Assembly: GCA_951406725.2 (NCBI GenBank)
Contig: OX597825.1
Span: forward strand, 74,648,001-74,712,000
Origin: Octopus vulgaris
Lineage: Eukaryota
Reading direction: 5' to 3'
DNA length: 64,000 nt
The translations under genes were made by a program, and so were the position numbers. Below the pieces are notes generated by a model, which worked only from the letters and a program-made list of their open reading frames with translations, had not been told where the DNA came from and ran no database searches. This document shows positions 54,492 through 64,000 of this stretch, one piece after another (position 1 is the first letter of the stretch; the number at the start of each line of letters is the position of its first letter).

Positions 54492-54810
54492 GGTGAGTGG
54501 TGACCCCCTTCGGTCAGACACTGACCATGGGTTTGCACCTAGAGAGTTACCCTCTGAGGCACAATTCTGGGCAAGGTTGTTTTATGGAAGACCAGCAGTC
54601 GCCCATGCATACCGGCCTCCCCTCTCCACGTCACCGATGTTATCCAAGGGCCGATACAGCTTGGCACCTGTGACGTCGCAACTCATTTCTACAGCAGAGT
54701 GAACTGGAGCAACGTGAAATAAAGTGTCTTGCTCAAGAACACAACACGCAGCTCGGTCCGGGATTCGAGCTCACAACCTCACGATCGTAAGCTCGACGCT
54801 CTAACCACTT
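54492..54810 (-). mobile_element. SINE type C head with tail 4 (RTE-like, inferred)
   Basis: C domain ACTGGAGCAACGTGAAATAAAGTGTCTTGCTCAAG joined to a tail unlike tails 1-3. Confidence 0.82.
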
Positions 54811-54877
54811 TATTATTATTGTTGTTGTTGTTGTTCTTGTTCTTGTTCTTGTTGTTGTTGTTCTTGTTATTATTATT

Positions 54878-55880
54878 CCTTCGTAACAGTGTAGGTAAAA
54901 ATACACCGGAGTCTTTCGTTATCTGTCAAGTCACAAAAAGGACCTCAGGCAGATAATACTTTCCTTACGATGTGCACTGTGCCCAATAAGGTTGCTTTTT
55001 GCGAGACATCAATTTTGCACGGGATTTCCAGTTGCCTTAAGAAGTTTCGAAGTTTCAATGGGATTGAGCCCAACACTCCAGTCACCACTGGCATCGCTTT
55101 TACATTACCCTCTCGCTTTTACATTATCCTCAGTGTATAAATCTTCATCAATAGATTCTACAGTCTTGCCATTTCCACTTTCAATTCGGAGTACTTGGTG
55201 GCTTTTTCAACTTCTTTACTCACAACATTCATGTCATTTGGTATGGTTACATCAATGATCTAACAGTATTTGTTTCTCTTATTCAATATGACAATATCCG
55301 GCCGACTGTGTTCGATTACACGGGCCGTCTGAAAATCATAGTCCCAGAGTATCGTTACATTTCCATCCTCCTGTATAACTTTACTTGGTACATGCTCATA
55401 TCAGTTCTCTGTTACTTTATATTGGTATTTACGGTATAAGAGCTAATGAAGATACACACACACACACACACACACATGATCGTGGCGGCGTTTGTATTCT
55501 TTTTGTGCAAGGCTCTCACATTCACTTACCAAGTGGGTCAAATTTTCCACACTCTTTCCACAGAGTCTGCATTTCTGGGTGTCAGAAGTTTTATAGATGT
55601 TATACTTCACCGAATTGGGTGTCAGAAGTTTTATAGATGTTATACTTCACCGAATTGGTAGCGAGAGCCTGGTCTTGTGCATCAATGATCAGGCTTTTGG
55701 TGGAACGCTTCAAATCAACTCGCTCAAGCCATGCCCACGATGCTGTATTATCCTTAACGTCTCGTGTATTGCTTTCAAACTGTCTATGCATTCTCATTTC
55801 AAGAAGGGGCTTCTTTTCTCTTCTCCTCAGCTCTTTGGTTAAACTCTGCCTCGCTCATCATTTCATCTGCATTTACACCC
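54878..55880 (-). pseudogene. R4/Dong-like non-LTR retrotransposon 3' part (CCHC knuckle plus restriction-like endonuclease)
   Basis: SWAWL...LK.ST..LI..AQDQALATN; CRLCG..E..THLVSEC..LAQKEYKRRHD; ILWDYDFQT..IEHSRPDIV..IIDV.IP.D..EK.TKY.EL; PVV.G.LG; QKATLLGT.HIVRKVL stop; ends in a (TAA)-like run; 40-bp duplication at 55576-55658. Confidence 0.92.
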
Positions 55881-55884
55881 ATAT

Positions 55885-57430
55885 TTGGAACACAAACAAG
55901 TGAAAGAACCGGTGGATTTCTTTGCCGCCTCACCTATAACCAGCGAGGCAGTTACGATGGATTACATCAACATTAATGAAGAAGTTATACTACTAGCCAT
56001 AGATGAGGTGGACGCAGACTCAACTGCTGGCCCTGATGGTTTCCCAGAAATCCTCCTCATATCATATAAGAAGTGCCCTGGAGAAACCACAACTGATTTT
56101 CTTCCAGAGTTTTCTTGCAAGTGGCAGGATGCCAAGCAAAGTGAAGGAAGGAATAATATGCCCAATCCATAATGGAGGAAGCAAAGCAGATGCCAAAAAC
56201 TATAGGCCTATCTCTCTGACTTCAAACATCAGCAAAGTCATAGAATGGATAGTCAGAGGCAAACTAATTGCATTCCTTGAAGAAATCGATTTGCTGAGTG
56301 ATACCCAGCATGGCTTTCGACCAGGTAGGAGCTGACTGACCCAGCTCCTACAGAACAATGTCTGGATGTTGAGGCAATTACTAAACAACCCAAATGGGGG
56401 ACGTAATATACTTTGATTTTGCAAAAGCTTTTGAGAAAGTGAAACATGGTATGACATTCCACAAACTGTGTGATCTCGGTATAGCTGGAAAACTTGGAGA
56501 GTGGTTACGTGACTTTCTGAAAGACAGAAGTCAGGCAGTAGTGGCCAATGGAGTCACCTCAAAGCAAACGCAAATAGTGAGGGGGTATTCCACAGGGCAC
56601 TGTCTTGGGACTACTGCTTTACATTATGGCCCTCTCAGATATGCCCTCAGTTTCCCGGATAGCCACCCTTGTTAGCTACGCAGACGATACGAAAGTGTCC
56701 CAGAAAATACAGAACCCCAGCGATGTTGCACACCTGCAGAAGGAGTTGGACTCAATTTACAGATAGGCTGAGGAAAATAACATGCAGTTTAATGCTGGAA
56801 AATTCCAAGCTCTGTGCTACCAGCACCAAAAACTGAATATAAAACTTACAGGGTACACTGGCCCACAGGGCATTACAATCCCAGAGCCTAAATCAGTGTA
56901 GGCCCTGGGTATCGACATGAGTGATGATACCTCTTTCTAAGTGCACCTTGCCAGGATGGCAATGTACAGACGATTGGCTGGATGGATCCTGAGAATGGGA
57001 CAGATATGCAGTAATATACAGCTGGAAGATCCTGGAAAGGATTGTACCAAATTTTGGTATTGAAAGCTACACAAATACCAGAACGGGTCACCACTCCACA
57101 GTGTCAATCCCAGCAATGCCATCGCGCTTCAAGACCAGTTAATGCAACAGCTTGGGTTTCAATGGCCCACAGCTTTTTAATATTCTCTCAAAGAGCCTGA
57201 GAGACCTACACAAAGTGGATGTAGGTGCTTTCGAATCAAACTTGAATCTTTTCCTGTCGACAGTCTCAGATGAATCTACCTTGTGGCAGGGGGTGCAAAT
57301 GAGGGTAGCGACATCAAACTCCCTTATTTACCAAATGCCACATATCAGAGAAGGACCTCAATAATAACAGTGTAGCAAAATGGTGGTGCCCCAGCATGGC
57401 CACATCTTTGAGCTGAAACTAATAAAACAT
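55885..57430 (+). pseudogene. CR1-group LINE reverse transcriptase and 3' end, decayed
   Basis: AGPDGFP, NYRPISLTS.ISKV.E, QHGFRPGRS, DVIYFDFAKAF, PQGTVLG, YADD at 56677-56688, NNMQFN..KF; stops and frameshifts; 3' tail at 57382-57427. Confidence 0.93.
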
Positions 57431-57493
57431 AGAACATATAAATATATATATAAACACACGCATATATGTATGTATTACGTATGTGTGTATGTA

Positions 57494-57548
<55 letters not shown>

Positions 57549-57602
57549 TTATATACATTTACGTATGTGTGTATTTATATATGTATGAATTTACATACAT
57601 GC

Positions 57603-57652
<50 letters not shown>

Positions 57653-57771
57653 GTAGGCATATATGTAATTAAGTACATTTACAACGATAAATGTGTGAAC
57701 TGGCGAATGAAAGCCTTTAATTAAATATAAGTATATATATATATATATATATATATATCTTTATGTGCGTG

Positions 57772-57839
<68 letters not shown>

Positions 57840-58526
57840 GGTAAGTAGGTAGGTAGGTAGGTAGGTAGGTAGGTAGGTAGGTGTATACAGGAGAAATATG
57901 TACATTAATGATGATAATAATGATGATGATGATGATGATGATGGTGATGATGTAGACGATGCCAGATGATGAAAAATGATGAAAATGATGTATATGATGA
58001 CGTAGGTGGACGTCTTCATCGCATCTAGGTTCGCTTTGCTTTGTCTTTTCTGGTTTCTTTTTTTTTTTCTTGTTGTTTTTAATCAAACTGCGGCAGCTGT
58101 CCTCGTCTGAATAGACGAATGTTCACCGCAAGCTTCTCATTCCCCTTCTTCTATATATTACAAACTTCACCCAATTGTAATTAATGAAGAACATCAAGAA
58201 TTTTTCATATCTAAATTGCACAGAAATGAAATATTGCCGTTATTTTTCTTTTATACTCGATTTACTTTAGAGGAAACTAGTGCAGCGTTATATAAAACTA
58301 CCTACTGCCACCATCACCACTGTTATTAGTGAGACTAGTACTACTACTAATACATTGCTATTTCTTCTACATTTTATCGTATTTGGGGTTGTTTTTAAAA
58401 TAAAAACACATTTGCAAAGTTCTTCGTATTGTTTATAATGTTCGTGTACCCCGCTTTTTTCCTTTTTTCGCTTTCGCTCTTTTTCTTTCATCCCCTACTG
58501 CTTTTTATTCTCCTCCTTATTCTTCT

Positions 58527-58569
58527 CACTACTACTACTACTACTACTACAACTACTACTACCACCACC

Positions 58570-58619
<50 letters not shown>

Positions 58620-58620
58620 C

Positions 58621-58670
<50 letters not shown>

Positions 58671-58716
58671 CACCACCACTACTACTAATACTACTACTAC
58701 TACTACCACCACCACC

Positions 58717-58749
<33 letters not shown>

Positions 58750-58750
58750 T
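58527..58750. repeat. (ACT)n/(ACC)n compound microsatellite
   Basis: Direct reading. Confidence 0.95.
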
Positions 58751-59296
58751 CGTTATTGTTATACTTTTTACGATTAAATTTATATTTTTAATGTATTTTT
58801 ATAAACAATTTTTTTTTTTAATTCCTTGTTTCTTTCTCTTTTTTTTCTTTTTTTTTTAAATTTATGAGGATTTTTTTTTTTTTTTTCCTGTCTTTATGTT
58901 TTTCGTTCTTTATCTTTGAGTACCTTTTGCTCTCGAAATAGTTTCTCTTGAAAAGAAAAACAAAAAAGAAAACAACTAAACAAAAAAATATAATTTCGTT
59001 TCATTTTATTATATTTGCTTTTTTTTCTATTTTGTCATGTTTTGTTTGTTTTTATGCAAAATTTTTGTTTGCTTTTCTTTTCTTGTTTATTTCATTTTTC
59101 ATTTTCTTTTCTTATTTATTTATAATTTCTATTTAATTTATTTATTTATTTTTTGTCGGGAAAAATATTTTCTAAACCAATTATTCCATCCAAACTAATA
59201 GAATTTTTCATGTTTTGTAAAACATTTTTCAGTTAAAAATTTGTTTTTTAGTCAGTTATTCTTTGTATACTATTACAACAACAACTACTACTATTA

Positions 59297-59331
<35 letters not shown>

Positions 59332-59463
59332 AGTACTTCTGCTGATGATGATGTTGATGATGATGATGAGGAGGATGAGGAGAATACTTACACCGGTAAT
59401 AATAGTAGTAGCAGCGGTGGTCGTAATAGTAGTAGTAGTAGTAGTAGTGGTGATGGTGGTGGC

Positions 59464-59496
<33 letters not shown>

Positions 59497-60620
59497 TTCT
59501 CCTTTATTTGCTCACTAAGGGCTCATTTATACACACAATGAAAGCATTATACGTAGGGCTTACAAAACGTGTGGTGGTAGACAAATAAAATTACATTTTA
59601 AAAAAAAGCACCTAAGGATAAAGAAATGCAATAAAACATAATTGTTTAAGGGGAAAAAAGCATTATATAATTTATCTAACAGGAAAACTCTTCGAGTAAC
59701 TCATCCGTGAATGGTAATTCAGTAATTAGGTTGGGTCAAGGTACCCTGCTTTTCTGCCACTCGACCCCTACCAGAAAGCTTGTTCCCACGTCGAATGAAT
59801 CCATGTGCAATTTGGATATAGGAGTGAGTAGGAAGAGACCAAAGTTTTTTTCTGGTAGTTCAGGTATATCTTTCAATAAGCTAATTTTGCGGTTTTCACA
59901 TTCTATCTTTTGAATGCTCCCTGTAATCTATTTCACACTTCTTCGCAAACAAGAACCGAAATTCGATTCCGTTTTCCTCTTGCAGTTCATTTTCGAAGTC
60001 CATTAAATATTTTTAGGGCAGTGATCTTTATGGCTTCTGTGAGAGTTTCTTCTGGGATAGGAATGGACCTCATTTGTCTATACAGTAGCCTTCTCTTGGA
60101 ACTGGTTTTTCTTCTTCGTGTCTTCCTCTTCTACTCTTTGCACTTTTCCTAGTTGCTTTCCACGCTCGCTCACGTTCCACATCCTCCTCATTGACATGAT
60201 AGGATGGCACCATTGTTCAGCACCATTTTTCAGAAAAGGGGACCTCTGTTTGTTAACTTTCAGTCTTGAGTACAAGATGGGTTTTCCGACCATCTTTGGA
60301 GCTTCACCCACAGCAACCTCCAACATATGCTGATGTTACTGTTGTCGCTGCTGTCTCTCATTTCTTTCTCCATACCTCACTCCATCCCTCATCCTACCCC
60401 TCTTTCTCCATACCTCACTCTTCATCCTTCTTTCCATTTTTCTCTCACTGCCTCTCTCCATTCCTCTCTTCATCCCTCTCTCACATTTTCTCTTGCTCTC
60501 CTTCTCTTTGCCCTTTCAGTTCTTCAGAAAACCCTCAAAAGGCATTTACTGCCAGGTTTTCTGTTCTGCCTTGCTTTTCTCATTACTTTTGTATCTGCAC
60601 CCAAAAAATTTGACTAAAAT
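59497..60620 (-). mobile_element. Decayed retroelement-like segment with broken ORF and T-rich 3' UTR (possibly L1/Tx1-derived)
   Basis: Purine-rich broken reading frames on the minus strand, then TGTAAGCCC..TGTGTATAAATGAGCCCTTAGTGAGCAAATAAAG ending at a trinucleotide run; no diagnostic domain seen. Confidence 0.35.
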
Positions 60621-61184
60621 TTAGCACTTACTTATTATTTCCATAAACATTACTTGAAAATTAAAAACATTAAAACTTACTTAAAATTCTAGTATACCAC
60701 ACTCATTAAAGTTTTCCTGCGAAATCAACATTTTATTTTAATTAACAGAGATTTGCCATTATTCTCAAATTAAAAGACAAAGCAAAACTCAGCGAAGGAT
60801 TTTATCACGTTTTTCAGTGATGTGCGAATGCGATGTGAGAAGAATCTCTTAAACTTTTCTTATTTCAGCCTCAGATTTCATAATGCCTGCTGAGATGGAA
60901 TCGCATGTCAAACGCTTGCTTGGGGTGTTGCTTCACCATCGTCGTCATCTTCGTCATCTCATCGTTGTTGTTGTAGTTGCTTTGATTATTGTTATTGTTT
61001 AGTTCTCAAGTGAGCTCTCGTTAAGAGAATCTACGGTCTGTAGACTTAATTTGCGGTCCGATTTAACACATCTCTTTGTCATTGGATACTTATTGCAGTC
61101 CATTCACTTGCAGGCATTCGGGTTACGGTTTCCCATCTGATGACAACTTCCTCTCTTTCCACCATTTGTGTAAGTATGTGATAT

Positions 61185-61453
61185 GTAGGCGACCGACTGG
61201 GAGATGGAAGAAGCAGGTTAAGGAGGGGGTCGACACCTTTGAAAAGCACATATTCTTCATGAAGACTTTAAGCGTACTGCTCGAAAGCGCACTGCTAGTG
61301 TAGTGAATGGGGAAAGCTTGGTTTGCAATGTTTGCAGTCGAGTATTCTCGTCAAGAGCAGGGCTCTGTAGCCACCAACTGCAAAATATAAGAGCGTATAA
61401 TGTTCCTAAAGTTCAGCAATGGTCTTCCTCGGTCACAAGTGAACGGCCATCAT
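61185..61453 (+). pseudogene. RTE LINE extreme 3' fragment with C2H2-like finger
   Basis: RWKKQVKEGVDTFE..CNVCSRVFSSRAGLCSH followed by a short UTR CAATGGTCTTCCTCGG. Confidence 0.75.
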
Positions 61454-61504
61454 GTATGTATGTATGCATGTATCTGTATTATCTGTATTTATGCATGTAT
61501 TCAT

Positions 61505-61720
61505 GTCTGTGCGTGTGCATGGCTTTGTGTTTGTTCCTGCTACCCCCACCGCTTGACAAAGGGTGTTGGTCTGTATACGTCTCTGTGACGTAGCGGTTTG
61601 GCACAAAGAGAACGATAAAAAAAAGTACCAGACTTCAACTAAGCACTAGGGTCGATTTGTTCAATTAGCCATACAAGGTGGTTTTTCAACGTGGCCGCTG
61701 TCCAGTCACTGAAAGAATAT
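61505..61720 (+). mobile_element. SINE type A 3' half, diverged
   Basis: CCGCTTGACAA..TAGCGGTTTGGCAC..GGGTCGATTTGTTC. Confidence 0.7.
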
Positions 61721-62448
61721 TCTAAAACAGAAAATATAATATAAACAGGATGTATTGTGCGAGACAGCTAATTTGGCGTCGATCTGATACAAACGTATTT
61801 GATGCTATGCGGTAAAGCTGAGGTCGTATAATTTACGAGACAGGTGGTGTTGTTGAGTGGAACGGGTGCAGAGGAAGCTATGGAAAACGATTAAACTACA
61901 TTACGTGTGACAAGAATATATTTGAAGTGATGTAATTTCTAAGAAGCTTGAATATTTGAAATAGATTCATTAACCATCGAATAAAAACCGCCAATATACA
62001 CAGCGACAAGATTAATTTGGTTCCAAAGAAAATACTCTGCAGCAAAGAAATACATCAGAATGTGAGACAAACAAATAAATAAATAAGAATAGTAAATGAA
62101 AATTAAAAAGAAAAATTTTATATTTTTTTTAGAAATTTTTGAATGAAAATAGAAAAAGCGGACAGGGCGTAACTAACATTAACAATAGCAAACTAAAATC
62201 AATACTATATGAATAAACTACATCTCTGTACTTAATACATTATATTCTGTTGCACACTTCTTTATTTTGTAAAAGAGCCAGTTGTCACTCGTGAAAGTGT
62301 ATGGCTTAGAAACATGTAGCATACTGACTAATTTAAGTCCAGGAATTGAACCCATGACATTATAATCGTGAGCCGAACACCCCTATCCACCAGGTCACAC
62401 GTATTCACTATTTCATTATGGAACATAAACTACTGAGTAATTTTTACC

Positions 62449-62682
62449 CATTTCTTTACTACCCACAAGGGAATAAACACAGAGAGGGCAAACGAGGACA
62501 GACAAAGGCATTGAGTCGATTATATCGACCCCAGTGCGTAACTGGTACTTAATTTATCGACCCCTAAAGGATGAAAGGCAAAGTCGACCTCGGCGGAATT
62601 TGAACTCAGAACGTAACGGCAGACGAAGTACCGCTAAGCATTTCGCCCGGCGTGCTAACGATTCTGCCATCTCGCCGCCATT
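62449..62682 (-). mobile_element. SINE type D, full length
   Basis: 20-bp TSD ACTACTGAGTAATTTTTACC at 62429-62448 and 62683-62702. Confidence 0.93.
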
Positions 62683-62749
62683 ACTACTGAGTAATTTTTA
62701 CCATTATTTTCGACGCTAGCCTATCATTTCTGCTTTTCTCCAGTTGAAT

Positions 62750-62955
62750 CCCTCTTGAATTTCTTGGAGGGAAAGCCTTCCCCTTGCAGATGCCGCTTTT
62801 AATTGTCATCGATGATTCTCCAGCTTTTCTTGTTTTCCTTTTTTCTAGGTAAGAGTGTTGACCCAAGGCAAATCCATCTTAACCTCTGAGGAGAGATGGT
62901 CTATATTTTGTCTAGACTCTGTCCTTTGATTTGTCTTGCATGGGTGGCCCATGTA
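62750..62955 (-). mobile_element. Possible RTE 5' UTR remnant
   Basis: Minus strand GGGCCACCCATGCAAGACAAATCAAAGGACAGAGTCTAGAC resembles RTE leader motifs; based on recalled similarity only. Confidence 0.35.
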
Positions 62956-63067
62956 TATATCTGTGTGTATATGCGTGTGTGTAAGACAGAGAGAGGGAAA
63001 GTGCATATGTGCGTGTGCGTTGTATTAATAAGAGATTTCTATGTGTGTGTGTATGTGCGTGTTTGTG

Positions 63068-63137
<70 letters not shown>

Positions 63138-63139
<2 letters not shown>

Positions 63140-63530
63140 ATTGTTCAGTTTCATTTCAAGATTTTAGTCAATAGACAAAGAGCCGGTTTCTAACCTAGAT
63201 TCAAGGATCCTTCATTAGAATTTCGACATCAACAACATGGTATGTATGGTATACATGTATATAGGTATGTATGTATATGTGCAGAATTGTATGCTTTGCT
63301 TTATGTATGTATTCTCATGCATATAGTTGTATGTCTAGATATATTTAAAGAATATATTTAAAGGATAAACTTCTGGGAAAGTTTTACAGACTTTTACAGT
63401 TCCATTAAAGGATTGGATCTGAAGTCTTCGAATCAGCTTTCTCCTCTCTGGTTTTGTGAAGCCTAACTTCTCAAGATTTGTATTTAGGCAGTGTGCTACA
63501 TATCTCTGTACCCCAAAAATTACAGATTGT
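63138..63530 (-). pseudogene. Second R4/Dong-like 3' fragment
   Basis: VIFGVQRYVAHCLNTNLEKLGF..LIRRLQIQS.NGTVKVCKTF resembles the C-terminus of RLE-type LINEs (PIIIGALG..Q...GT.KI); 3' UTR ends at (CA)n. Confidence 0.6.
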
Positions 63531-63792
63531 ACATATGTATGCATCCATGAGTGTGTGTATACATACACACACATACGTTGATATAAATAATATTGCGCAA
63601 TTATAACGAAATAATATCTTGTTGCAAATCATTTTCACAGACAACTCAAAGAGTGTGAAAAGACATTCGTATTCATATAGTTATAATGGACTACTATGAA
63701 TCGCACACTCACATACACACACGCGCGTGCCAACGTATCTCTAAATATAATTATATATACACATACATATGTGTGTGTATATATGTCTATGT

Positions 63793-63850
<58 letters not shown>

Positions 63851-63927
63851 TATATATATATATATGTAAACATGTATTTATATTATAATTATATTATATA
63901 TATATATGTGTGCATATATACACACAA

Positions 63928-64000
<73 letters not shown>

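Noticed and set aside
61303-61400. Host C2H2 zinc-finger gene
   Set aside because: Single finger in the RTE C-terminal context with a LINE-type 3' UTR; no tandem fingers or TGEKP linkers
63180-63225. Hammerhead-like CTAATGA...GAAACCGG on the minus strand
   Set aside because: G5 and U16.1 are missing; better explained as a stem-loop in the LINE 3' UTR

Overview
AT-rich, microsatellite-saturated animal non-coding DNA. The repeat content is most consistent with an octopus/coleoid cephalopod genome (inference, not checked). No intact host protein-coding gene can be supported, and almost all ORFs in the track are translations of (TA)n, (CA)n, (TATG)n, (GATA)n or trinucleotide runs. The window holds about 30 copies or fragments of tRNA-derived SINEs with four head/body types (called A-D here) joined to interchangeable tails. 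It also holds decayed LINE fragments (CR1-group RT, two R4/Dong-like pieces, several RTE pieces), a Penelope-like GIY-YIG remnant, a mariner pseudogene, two non-autonomous Helitron pieces, a TIR MITE with an 8-bp TSD, and 53-bp and 107-bp minisatellites. The most notable signal is a set of short non-coding elements carrying minimal type I hammerhead ribozyme folds of the kind associated with Penelope-like elements, several inserted in (TA)n tracts. These include a tRNA-promoter-headed element with a hammerhead tail (17371-17765) and a hammerhead with a swapped G3:C8 core pair (29158-29208, minus strand). Also seen: a 3' tail shared between SINE A and the CR1-group LINE, and a 36-bp inverted copy that looks like a templated insertion.
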